This document shows positions 51,801-63,880 of a stretch of 64,000 nucleotides of DNA, in pieces. Both the position numbers and the translations under genes were made by a program. How positions within the stretch are numbered: position 1 is the stretch's first letter; every line of letters starts with the position of its first letter. The stretch is taken from the NCBI GenBank assembly GCA_043228905.1, contig JBHGNT010000013.1:12586001-12650000 (forward strand), given 5' to 3'. The stretch comes from Azolla caroliniana (lineage: Eukaryota; Plantae; Polypodiophyta). The notes under the pieces were generated by a model. That model saw only the letters and a program-made list of their open reading frames with translations, made no database searches and had not been told where the DNA came from.

Positions 51801-54005
51801 AAGAAGAGTTACATCCTGTGGCTTTCCATTCGCGCAAATTTGATGTCGCGGAAATCAACTACGAGATACATGACAAGGAGTTATTAGCCATTGTGGATTC
51901 ATTTGTGCAATGGCGGCACTTCTTAGAGGGCTCTCCGCATCAGGTCCTCGTCTTCAGTGATCACAAAAACCTTGCTTATTTCCAGAATGCTTGTGTACTA
52001 AATCGACGGCAAGCTCGGTGGGCCCGATTCCTCACGCGTTTTGACTTGAAAATCACATATGGACCGGGGAAGCAGCAAGTAAAAGCAGATGCACTATCAT
52101 GGTGTTAATATCTTGCACCTCGTCTTGATGATCCAGCGTTTGATAATCAAAAGCAGGTAATCTTGGGACCAACACGTTTGCACACAACGCGGATTTTTCA
52201 CACTCCACTAGATTCCCGGATTATCGATGTCATACGTGTTAACGTGAAGACGGACATTTTTGCTCAAGCCATTCTAGCGCACATTGATACCTCTCGGGCA
52301 TCCTGTTCCTAGTCTCAACACCAGGTATGGACTACTGACAATTCGAATATCATTATGGTTTATTGTTCATTAAAAAGCTCGTATATGTTCCCGATTGCTC
52401 CAGTCGCCTTCAAATCGTCCAAAATTGTCACGACACCCATATAGCGGGACATTTCGGTAGTACGAAGACGTTGGATCTAGTTCAATGATCTTTTTGGTGG
52501 CCCCATATGCGACGTTTTCTCGATGACTACATTCGGACCTGTGATGCTTGCTGCTGAGTAAAGATGGCACGACATCATCCATATGGCTTGTTGGAACCAT
52601 TACCGATTCCAAGTAAGCCGTGGCAGTCTATTTGTCTTGATTTTATCACAGATCTGCCGGTCTCGCATGGTTTCGATGCTATCTTAACCATCGTTGATCG
52701 ATATACTCAGATGGCACATTTTGTGTCGTGTACTAAGGCCATCACTAGTGAGAAAACCATCGCCCTTGTCATGCGTGAGGTATTTCGGCATCATGGCCTC
52801 CCAAACAGTATCGTCAGTGACCGAGGACCTCAATTCGTCTCCAAATTTTGGAAGCATCTCTTCAAGATGCTCAAGGTCTCTTGTAACCTCTCCTCCGGCT
52901 ACCATCCCTAGACCGATGGGCAGGTGGAACGAACAAATTGAACATTGGAACAATACCTCCGGTGTTTTCTAAGTTATCAACATGATGATTGGGCTGATAT
53001 TCGCCACTTTGAGGAGTTTGCTTATAATAACGTTATTCACTCCTCGACTTGGGTCTCCCCATTTTATGCTTATACTGGTTCTCATCCTCGTTGGTCTGTG
53101 ATTGACACCCCAGAGCTACCTACCAATCCTCATGTCGAGGATCATTTGGAGAGGCTACGCAAGATCCAGATGGATCTCTCTAGTCATGTTCTTCATGCTC
53201 AACACACATAGAAGACTTATGCGGATCATCATCGGCTTCCCTCCTCTTTTGCCATCAAAGATCGAGTATGGCTCTTACGTCGTCACATCAAGTCTACTCG
53301 ACCATGCGACAAGTTGTATTATCGACGACTCGGTCCTTTTCGTATTACCGGTAAGGTTAATGATGTCACATTCCGCCTTGATCTTCCTCCAGTCTTCCAT
53401 AGTTCTCTTCTTGAACCTTATAAAGCAAACACTATTCCCAATCGTGTTACACCACCACCGCCCCCGTTTGAGTTAGATGTCGGCCCGGAGTATGAAGTTG
53501 CTGTCGTCCTGGACTCCAAATTTGTTCACAACAAACTTTATTATTTGGTTGATTGGCTTGGCTATAGTCTGAGCGAACATACTTGGGAACCCGTCGAGCA
53601 TGTCGCCAATGCTTAGGATCTTCTTGCTGATTTCCACCGACAATATCCAGACAAACCCGGTCCTCAATCAGTGCTGACTCGTTACACTCGTTGTCTTAAG
53701 GGGGGGATAGTGTCATGATATGGACAGACTCGAACCCATGACCTTATGTTATATGGGTCGAGCTCTTGACCATTATTCCATCTCTTGTAATACGTAGGAT
53801 ATTATTTTCATTTAAGTTTTATTATAGGAAATTAATGTATATTCCAGATTTCTCTAGAACATGAAGCTTCAGGACTCCTCTTGAGAACACTATAAAAGGA
53901 GGCACAAGGCATTAGGTTGAACCAAATTGGTTCAACGCCAGTCTTAAGCCTCATAGTCATTTTGTACTTACTCTTCATATAATATATCATATGTTATCAT
54001 CATCA

Positions 54006-54054
<49 letters not shown>

Positions 54055-54350
54055 CTCGCTATCTCTCTCCCTCTCTCGAGAGTCTTACACAGTCCCGTCC
54101 TCTTAGTACTAATAGTACTTCCCTTCTCTAGTACTAATTCTCTCTCTGTTTTAGTACTATTCTTGACAGTTCCTGATACACCGTATTAAATTGACCTCGT
54201 GGGCCGGCGGTTGTCTCGGTTTATCTCGTGGGCCGACGGTGTGGGTAATGTTGTTTCCGATTCTGGTGTTGGTTTGTGCTTTGAACCGTCTTCCTCTGGG
54301 TCATCCGGAGTGTTGTGGTTGTTTCGATAGTTTGACTGAACATTATGCTC
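47500..54350 (-). mobile_element. Degenerate gypsy-type gag (host of G3; pieces ~47500-48499 and 54169-54350)
   Basis: Two CCHC knuckles (CTTCLNPGHSTLEC, CMLCHSQSHTVDRC) and an R/D-rich tail. Confidence 0.7.
48500..54168 (+). mobile_element. Full-length but degenerate chromovirus (Tcn1/sushi-like) element G3; LTRs 48500-48965 and 53711-54168
   Basis: TSD GTTCT/GTTCC; gag; protease ALLDSGAN; [27 protein letters not shown]; RNaseH EADTSDFALG, YEIHDKELLAIV; integrase; chromodomain; PPT aagggggggatag. Confidence 0.96.
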
Positions 54351-54351
54351 G

Positions 54352-54900
54352 TTGTCTGATTCCGACTCAAAGGCCGAATATGATTCCGATTCACTAGTGC
54401 ATGTGGCGAGAGTTTGTAATATGGATTCCACTTTATGCAAACTGCTCAAGCTACTGTCCTCGTCAGAATGTTGTTGGTTTTGCAACCAATGGTGTATGGT
54501 ACAAGGTAAACCAATGGTGTATGAACAAGGATGTTGCAAATGCTCTTGTTATGAGACATGGTCTGATGCAAAAAACAATTATACTTGTGGATCCACAAAT
54601 AGAGACTAATAAAGCTGAAATATGGCAATTGGTAAGAAGTATCATAATTTCGTATATTTGGAATAGTAGATGTTTCAAGGTAATCCAAAATGTGACTGAA
54701 AGATATTTCTAGGATTTGGATAGAGATTGCGCATAATCTCCGAGGTTCTTTGGATAACATAAAAGGTAACACACATGAGCAAAGTTACTCCGAATTTCAT
54801 GCCATATGGGACAAAGGAATATTTTATAGAAGAATTTCTGCTAAGGTGGAGTGGGTTTGGTCTACACCAAAGTATTTATTTAAGTCGAATTAGAATTTGG
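54352..54900 (+). mobile_element. LINE 3' fragment, degenerate
   Basis: IWQLVRSIIISYIWNSRC resembles the L1 ORF2 C-terminus. Confidence 0.55.
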
Positions 54901-57900
54901 CACAGGGGTATTTACCTCACGGAATAAAAATACTTCAGGGATCTTAAGGAGCAATTGCAAGTAAGCGGTAGTCCATATGATCCATTTAGTGCATTATATG
55001 ATTCATGTAACCTCCCATCACAAGTACATATACAAAAACCATAGAGAGATAATCAATATGTTTGACATGTTCTACCATTCAACAAAATATGGAGGCAAAA
55101 GGACATAAAAGGCTTTATTCTCTAATTTCAATGCAAAAGAGGAGTAGGATGGAATGAAGCATGCATCACATTTTGTAAGAAATGTCAAAAATGGTGGATT
55201 AGAATAAACAAGAGCAATTTAACACATGAATAAAAACGCTACCTTTTTGACACATTTACTCATGTTCATCATCATAATTTGTTGTGTCAATGTGCATATT
55301 AACATAGATTTATTTACCATAGGTTGAAAGGTTTGGTTTGGTTTTGATTTATGATAAAATGATTTGGTTTGGTTCTAAATGTTTCGTAAACTGTTCGGTT
55401 TAAATGGCTTCATAAAATTTAAACAGTTTCGTTTGGTTTTTAATATAAATAAATGGTTTGGTTTGGTTTCAAGGCCAAGAAACCGAACCGAACCGAAACC
55501 GAACTGCACCCATTGCTATGTGTTAGTGTGCGTATGATGAATATACATGGCATTATAACCTAAATTTGGACATCAATACAATTCAAGCTAAACTATTTTT
55601 ACAAATTACTATGGACTCAATCTATCTTGAACTTTACCGCCAACAAGGTGACAATGTTCAAATGACTTGCAACAAAAAAATCAATCTACTTTGCCAATAT
55701 CGCAACATCATGAATTGCGTAGAAATAAAATAGGGGAATTTGGTACATGATATAAGCTGTTAGATAGTCATTAATCAGGAAACAAATAGGTGCAACATCA
55801 ATAAAGGAGGTTTGTAAATGAGACCATTACTACAACATGTCAATAATCAACAAACATGAATGAAATGCTTGCAACTGAACCATCGCTTCAACATCCAGAA
55901 TGTATATTCAAGTTGTTTAGGTTGATGAGGCTGGGCACATAGTTTAACAAAGAAATAAGATGACAGTCAAATGTTTGACCATGTCTTCAAATTCCATGGT
56001 GCATTTAAAATACCCAAGATTGAGATTGGTGCATAGTACCACTAAACAAACAACAAAAGTAGTCAAGTGGTACATTGGCGATCAAGCCAAACATAGGTTA
56101 GTGATTACTTCAACAATCAAAAGGCAATAGGAGAAAGGCAAGTGATACTTTTTTTAATAAGTGAGGTAAGACCAAACCCATTTCTTGTTCAATTAATGTA
56201 AAGTATGGCAAATACTAGGGTGGTGGAAACAAGGTAAATAACTAGGAATGGTGTAAACAAAGGTCAATATTAGGGGAGAGCCAATATTCAACAACAAAAT
56301 AGCCTTCGATCGTAATAATACTACATGGATGATGAAAGAAAAGCAAGTAAGGGGAAAAAGAAAATTGAATAAGGTCAGTCGTTTCCCTTTTTGCGAGTAG
56401 TGGAAATGAGGGTGGGTAAGAACCAAAATAAGGGAGCTGAATTGTCCCTCTTTGGGTAGAGGGAAACTCATGTAACAATACAAAAGGGGACTATGTATAG
56501 ATAGATAGATGATACATACATACATACATTGAGTACTTTGATAGAGTTACCACCATTCCATTTTCTTTGTACTTTTTACTTGCAACAATTTACTCTGGTA
56601 TGTTGCCCCAATATTCTAATAATACACCAAAGTGCTTTGTTAGTTACTCTCATGAGCATAAACATTGTAATTTTTTTGTATACAATTCTTTGGCCCTTGT
56701 CATCATCTAATCACGCACTACATCCTCAATATCATTGGATCATCACATGTCATCTTTTCCCTAGATCAAACTCTTTAACACTTTTCTTCTACTTTGTCAC
56801 CTTTCAACGTACTTTCTATGTCTACTTGTCCTTTGCTTCACATGTTAAGCTCCCCCATCTTTCTAGTAGTCCTATTGAAAGTTTAAGTTTAAACTTTATA
56901 TAAGGTCTTGCTTTTGTGGTACCTCTCCTCCCTCATTCTATCATCATCGTCACATGAACAAGCCTCTTTCTTCTCCACTAGTTGTTTGTCGTCAAGGTGA
57001 AGTCTACCCAATACAAAGAAATCATATTTAATCATTATTCATTATTTAACCATTCTCTTATCGCACATACCACCATGTCTTCATAAAAATGACCATGTAA
57101 CTTATGTGTGCAAGTTGTTTTATCGATACCATTCAAAGTTTACTATGTATAACCTTCACATACATATTTAAAAAACCTTCCAAGTTAAAAAACAGATGCA
57201 TCTTTACATAACTTTTAAAGTTCATGCATCTACAAAAACTTCAAAACTCATACACATACACACACTTGTGTGGTGTCCCTAGTTTGGCCCAACTGGGACA
57301 CAATCCCAATCTGAACTAGGACTCACTAAAGGGGCCAGTCCTAGTCCCAAGTTGTCTCAACTCTAAGTAGTGGACCATGGCTTGTCCCAACTTTAGGACG
57401 ATTGTAAGTTTTTGATTTGTGTCCTAATTGGTGCCCCAATTGTGTTTTCTTGTGGTTTTGAGACCCCCATAATCTAGGGGCATAACACTTGCACATATAA
57501 CCTTCAAAATCCACACACGCACACACATGTCTATGTAACTTTCAAATCTCTCCCTTCTTCTTTTTGTAAATAACAACTTTCATTATGAAAGAAAAAACAT
57601 CACCATGACTAACTTACTATTTAGGGATCTAAAGACTACTACGACTCCAAATTCAATTCCACCCTACACACTAATTCAAATGGCGAATATGATGATGTGT
57701 GACCTTCCAAAGTTCTCTCTTCATGGTTGATATTTCATGACTTCTCTACCACTGTCAATTGCCACAAAAGAAGTCCTTTTAACTTTAGAACATATTTTCT
57801 CACCCCAACTTGTGAATCAAAAGTGAAGGCATTCTGCATATTCCAATTGAACCATAGCTCCAATACCTCAAGAACTCAAAAATAATTTGGAAACGAGGCA

Positions 57901-58017
57901 TCGATTCATTGTGCTCCATCTGTACAAAAACCCAACTGAAGGAAGATACGCTTACTCTAGTTAGAGACATCCACATTAAACTGATACACTTCCTAACCAT
58001 CCTTGCCATCAAGCATT

Positions 58018-58139
<122 letters not shown>

Positions 58140-59989
58140 CTCCACATGGCCTTTTAAATGCACACAGACACATCATCCATAACATTCTAAAACATCTGGA
58201 ATTCACACACATCAAATATCTCTACATAAAATTCCAATGCATCATCATACTTTAGTTTTCCTCCAAGATTTCTCTCTCTCCCACACCATGTTTACATCAC
58301 ATTTAAGTTGCATGAATTACTTCTCACAACATCTCCCTTAAATATCGTCAACATCATCACTATTTATGGTTATATCATTGCCAGTATGAGTCTTTCCTCT
58401 TCTTCAGCTTTTAGCTCAAAGACATTAGGTCTATTTCACTATTTGATTTTGACTTGTCTTGATTCTCTCTCATCTTTCCCGCAACTTACATCACCTTCCA
58501 AGTTTGCCATTTACTTGCTTTGGCATCGACTTGAGCCATGGTACCTTCATCTTATGACTCTTTCTTCTCTCTAACATTATAGCTCCTTTCAAACTCATAG
58601 GTTTCTTCAAAAATGTGTCTTTTTTTATTATCCATTTCCCCCCAAATTCCAAGATTCACTCGATAATGTGTCTGGGTCCTAATACTTTCACAGTCTTTTT
58701 GTTTTTTATGACCATGTGGTTCCCAAATTTGCTGTTTTGGAGACCTTAATTTTGGCACTCTTGCAATGAAACATAATTTCTTTGGTGGATCCACTCACAA
58801 GAGTAAAATGTGCAACATGTGCATGGTGATAATCAACGGGACCAAAATATCTCAAGTTGCCCAATTTCCTTTCAACTTGCCTATCTCAATCTTCTCTATT
58901 CCATACATTATATGTGAGTACTAAGCAAGTAACTAAGTTTCAACATCTTTTAACATTCCAAATGATAATAGACTGAGTAAAAACTTCATAAAATCCCCGA
59001 AAATGAAATGTACTTCTTTCATGTATGAATTTGAGTTTGTCTTGTACTTATAAGTTGTGTATGTGAAAAAAACAATGGAAAGCTTGTGGTTTTTCATTAA
59101 ATTCCCTATATAATGATCCGTGGGCATTTAAACACCTGGACTTCATCAATCGTATGATATGGTGTATTATATTTGTAAAATGTTTGCTTCAATAAAGACT
59201 ACTTTGAATATGAATTTGTACTTAAATTTCCTATTGTTTCTTTACATATTGTTCATTGTGTTGATGAATCATGATATTCTTATGAATCCTCAAGCTACTA
59301 TTCCATGTAACACAATGAAATGTACTCGGTAGTATTTATACATTGAATAGATACTTGAAGTGTACATACTTTTTATTGAAAAACACTAAAATATGATTAG
59401 GTGTATCAATTCAAAACTACATCCTTGCTTGTTTTCAAATGCGCATGTATATAGTTAGTCAAGTTCTAATAACACCAAACAGAACATCAAGCATGTAATT
59501 AAGAACAACAAACCAAAAATATTTTAAGTTTACACTAAATTATCATTAAGATCGTAATTCACATGTTTCCACTTTTGTTGTCCTTTTCACAGTGTTCAAC
59601 TTGTGAGCTCATGATCATGATTCCTAACTTTAATCATTTACTCATCAGGTTGTTTTTGCGTTGGGTTGCACCTTAGTGGTAAGCGATATTTTTCTCGTGA
59701 CATATCCCAATAGTGAAATCTAGTAAACTTTTTTGATAAAAACCATATCCTCATCTCGAACAACAACCCCCATAAACTTTCATTCCCTCTTATTTCAAAA
59801 AAGTTATTAAAGCACATGATATCCTCTATCTACTTATGAATGACTAACCACACAAAAAATGGATACTTCATTTCGAGCCTTTACAATGTCACTTCCAAGT
59901 TTTTAGGGAATGACATGGGACGGAAGATGCATTCATTCATAACACAAACTCTCGATGGAATTGAACGTACTCAACACCTAACCAAAAGC

Positions 59990-60070
59990 CGACAATTGTA
60001 GGATTCGAACCTACGAGGGCGAACACATTTGATTTCTAGTCAAATGCCTTAACCACTCGGCCAAATTGTC
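59990..60070 (-). tRNA. tRNA-Ser(AGA), near-intact
   Basis: Cloverleaf: acceptor GACAATT/AATTGTC+G, D arm GCC..GGC, anticodon stem TTTGA/TCAAA with loop CT-AGA-AA, long variable arm (one mismatch), T arm GTAGG-TTCGAAT-CCTAC; TTTT 3 nt downstream. Confidence 0.85.
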
Positions 60071-60407
60071 CTATTTCGTTATCTATGATAACATATTTTA
60101 CTATTGGTTATAATTGAATGTTGGAAATATTATCTATCTAAGCATAGTAATAAGGCAGAAAATAGGACAATAATGAGTCTTGATTCATTAAGTGGCGATA
60201 CGATTTAAGTGTTCATGAGTATGTTAGTGCACATACATTTGATTACTATTGGAATCTTTAATGTTTAAAGCACAGAAGCTCAATGTTAATGACTAGTTTA
60301 GTTTTCTCTATGTGGTGACCAATCCTTCCTTAGATGGGATATTTATTATTTAGCACAAGTCAAGCTCGATGTAAGTTACTACCAATAATACCTACGTGCA
60401 AAAATCT

Positions 60408-60488
60408 CGACAACTGCAAGATTCGAACCTACGAAGGCGAATCCATTTGATTTCACTTCAAATACCTTAACCACTTGACCAAATTGCC
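60408..60488 (-). pseudogene. tRNA-Ser(TGA)-like pseudogene
   Basis: Homologous to 59990-60070; loop AG-TGA-AA lacks U33; stem mismatches. Confidence 0.75.
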
Positions 60489-60764
60489 ATATTTCGTTGG
60501 CTTCTATTAGATAGTGCAACTATTATTATTTTGGGCAATCCATCAAATGATTTGTTTAGCTAACGCTATGTTATTGCACAAATATTCGGTTATAGTAAAG
60601 AATTCTCAAAATACAAAGACGTGCATATATTTGACACATCTAACTTAAGCGATCAAATATTCAAGATATCTGTGGCCTCTCTAAGTTATGATATGAATTG
60701 TTTTTTCACACAAAGCCTCGATCAAAGTGAATGACGGCAACATCAAAGATTCTAAAAGAAAATC

Positions 60765-60842
60765 TACAAATGTACGATTCATACCTCCAAGAAGCAAGAA
60801 TTTGATTTGGAGTCAACCATCATAACCACTTAGGAAAATTGT
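60765..60842 (-). pseudogene. Highly degenerate tRNA-Ser-derived copy (loop CT-CCA-AA)
   Basis: Retains the tttgattt..agtcaa anticodon arm and aaccact D-loop remnant. Confidence 0.6.
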
Positions 60843-61199
60843 TTCTAGTTTTTATGAATCGATTTGAGTATTGTACACATTAAAATGTTGGAGATATTAT
60901 CTATCTAAGCTTGATTTTAAGCGAAACAAAACCACAAGAAAGAATAGTTATTCTACTATCTATGATCACATATTTTAGTATTGGTTGTAATTGAATGTTG
61001 GAAATATTAAATATCTAAGCATGGTAATAAGGCAGAAAATAGGACAATAATGAGTCTTGATTCATTGGCTAGCGATACGATTTAAGTGATCATGAGAATG
61101 TTAGTGCACATACATTTTGATTACTATTGGGATCTTTAATGTTTAAAGCACAGAAGCTCAATTTTAGTGAACGGTTTCCACACCTAAGAAAAAGAATGT

Positions 61200-61280
61200 C
61201 CACAACTGCAGAATTCAAACCTACGAGCATGAACCCATTTGATTTCAAGTCAAACACCTTACTCACTTGGCCAAATTGCC
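61200..61280 (-). pseudogene. tRNA-Ser(TGA)-like pseudogene
   Basis: Loop CT-TGA-AA; mutated B box (GGTTTGAATTC). Confidence 0.75.
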
Positions 61281-61554
61281 ATATTTTCTTGGTTTCTATA
61301 AGCTAGTACAACTATTAATATTTTGGGCAAACCTTCAAATGATTTTTTTAGCTAGCGCCATGTTATTGCACAAATATTCGGTTTTATTAGAGAATTTTCA
61401 AAATACAAAGACAGGCCAATATTGACACATCTGACTTAAGCGGTCAAATATTCATGATATCTATGGCTTCTCTAAGTTGTGATATGTATTGGTTTTTCAC
61501 ACAAAGCCTTGATGTAAGTGAATGACAACAACATCAAAGATTCTAAAAGAAAAT

Positions 61555-61632
61555 CTACAAATGTACGATTCCAACCTATGAGAAGCAAACATTTGATTTA
61601 GAGTCAACCAACATAACCACTCGAGAAAATTG
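61555..61632 (-). pseudogene. Degenerate tRNA-Ser-derived copy (loop CT-CTA-AA)
   Basis: Paralog of 60765-60842 with the same flanks. Confidence 0.6.
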
Positions 61633-61766
61633 TTTCTAGTTTTTAAGAATCAATTTGAGTATTGTCCACATTAAAATGTTGGAGATATTATCTATCTAAC
61701 AATAATATTAAGAGAAACAAAAACACTAGAAAGAGTAGTTATTCTTAAGCTAATACATCTATTTAT

Positions 61767-62154
61767 TGTTAGGAAACAGGTCCCCCCGGATGGGAAGTGA
61801 GAAGAACAGTGTTGATGAGCAAACTCGGCCGAGGCCGATAGGGCGAGGCTGAAATCGGATCTAGAGTACCCGGCTACGGAAGACCCGGTGAGAACCGGAT
61901 GACAAGTACCCGGCAACGGAAGACGCGGTGAGAACCGGATGACGAGTACCCGTCAGGAGCCGGATGGTGAAGGCCTGGTGAGAAGTACTCACCGGATGAA
62001 GAGACATATTCGTAAATACGTTTTCTGTGAGTCCATCGTGGATATATTTGTAAATAGCCGAAAAGTCATATTAGTATAAATATGACTTAGGGCAAACTTA
62101 GTGATATAGTTGTTGTCATTCTTGTTGGTGTAAGATTAGAGTGCGTAACTGTGT

Positions 62155-62225
<71 letters not shown>

Positions 62226-62499
62226 GAGATCGTTGCCTCTGTTGTAACTGTTGCGTGTGGCGAAGATTGCAAGCCTGAGGTTGTTGGCTCGGTGCTTTAC
62301 TAGTGTACATTGTGATATAGTGATAGTTTGCAGTCTGTGGGCTACCGTGGTTTTTTCCCTAGTTTGGGTTTTCCACGATAACATCCTGTGTACTCTTCTC
62401 TTCACTGCGTCGTGCGTTTCTTTACCCGTTTTCTGTGTTTGATCCTAGACTTGGTTGTGGCCGAGCATTGTGCTTAGGGAGCGTGTATTCCTGTCAAGA
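61767..62499 (+). mobile_element. Solo LTR (copia-type, related to 10396-10956) inserted in the tRNA array
   Basis: TGTTAGG...TCAAGA with TSD TTTAT/TTTAT; empty site visible in the paralogous unit at about 63361-63395; contains (AG)n at 62161-62222. Confidence 0.88.
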
Positions 62500-62711
62500 T
62501 TTATGTGTTCACTAGCAGGTGATTGCAATTACATTTCATTACGTGAGCTTGTTTTTACGATACCTAGCGAAGCCAATGTGCACAAATGCATCTTAGAAAG
62601 TTTAGTTTTCTCTACGTGGTGACCAATCCTTCTTAAGATGGGATATTTATTGTTTAGCACATGTCAAGCTTGATGTAAATTACTAGCAACAATACCTAAG
62701 TTCAAAAATAT

Positions 62712-62792
62712 CAACAACTGCAAGATTTCAACATGCAAGGGCGAACCCATTTGATTTAAAGTCAAACACCTGAACCAGTAGGCCAAATTGTC
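62712..62792 (-). pseudogene. tRNA-Ser-derived pseudogene (loop CT-TTA-AA)
   Basis: Homologous body; B box and D arm mutated. Confidence 0.7.
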
Positions 62793-62926
62793 AAACTTAG
62801 CTTTGTATTGAGAAAATTCTTCCATGGGACTTAATAAGTCATGCTTCTGTATGTGTGTCGCCTTGCTAAGAAGGAAGATGCATTGGTTCATAACACAAAC
62901 TCTTGATGTAATTGAACGTACTCAAG

Positions 62927-62988
62927 ACCTATGAGGGCAAACCCATTTGATTTCTACTCAAACGCCTTAACCACTCGGCCAAATTGTC
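62927..62988 (-). pseudogene. 3'-truncated tRNA-Ser(AGA) copy
   Basis: 5' half near-identical to 60010-60070; T loop and 3' acceptor strand deleted. Confidence 0.7.
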
Positions 62989-63198
62989 CTATTTTGCTAT
63001 TTATGATAACATATTTTAGTATTGGTAATAAGGCAGAAAATAGGACAATAATCAGTCTTGCTCATTGGGCTGCGAGACGATTTAAGTGTTCATGACTATG
63101 TTATTGCACATACATTCGATTACTCTTGGGATCTTTAATGTTAAAAGGAGAGAAGCTCAATGTTAGTGAAGGGTTTCCACACCTAAGAAAAACAATCT

Positions 63199-63279
63199 CG
63201 ACAACTATAGAATTCAAACCTACGAAGGGGTACCCATTTGATTTCAAGTCAAACGCTTTAACCACTCGGCCAAATTGCC
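63199..63279 (-). pseudogene. tRNA-Ser(TGA)-like pseudogene
   Basis: Loop CT-TGA-AA; B box GGTTTGAATTC. Confidence 0.75.
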
Positions 63280-63594
63280 ATATTTCGTTCCGTGCAGTAC
63301 CACTATTAATATCTATTCAAGCTTGATATTAAGAGAAATAGAAACACTAGAAAGACTAGTTATTCTTAAGCGAATACTATGATTTATGTGTTCACGAGTA
63401 GGTTATTGCAATTACATTTCATTACGTGAGCTTGTTTTTCAGATACCTAGTGAAGCCAATGTTCACAAATGCGTCTTAGAAAGTTTAGTTTTCTCTATGT
63501 GGTGACCAATCTTTCCTTAGATGGGATGTTTATTGTTCATCACATGTCAAGCTCGATGTAAGTTACTAGCAACAATACCTTCGTGTAAAAATCT

Positions 63595-63675
63595 CGACAA
63601 ATCCAAGATTCGATCTTGCGAGGGGGAACCCATTTGATTTCGAGTCATATAGCTTAACCACTTGGCCACATTATC
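63595..63675 (-). pseudogene. tRNA-Ser(CGA)-like pseudogene
   Basis: Loop CT-CGA-AA; same flanks as the 62712 copy. Confidence 0.7.
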
Positions 63676-63822
63676 ACACTTAGCTTCCAATTGCGAAAAT
63701 TCTTCCATGGGATTTAATAAGTCATGCTTTACGTGAGTCACCTTGTTAAGACGGAAGATGCATCAGTTCATAACACAAACTCTCGATGTAATTAAAGGAA
63801 AGAAAGTCGATAACTACAACAC

Positions 63823-63880
63823 TATGAGGGCGAACCCATTTGATTTCTAGTGAAACGCCTTAACCACTCGACCAAATTGT
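63823..63880 (-). pseudogene. 3'-truncated tRNA-Ser(AGA) copy
   Basis: Loop CT-AGA-AA; T arm missing. Confidence 0.7.

Noticed and set aside
55320-55515. MITE-like AACCG-rich terminus
   Set aside because: Only one end visible and TIR/TSD not demonstrable.
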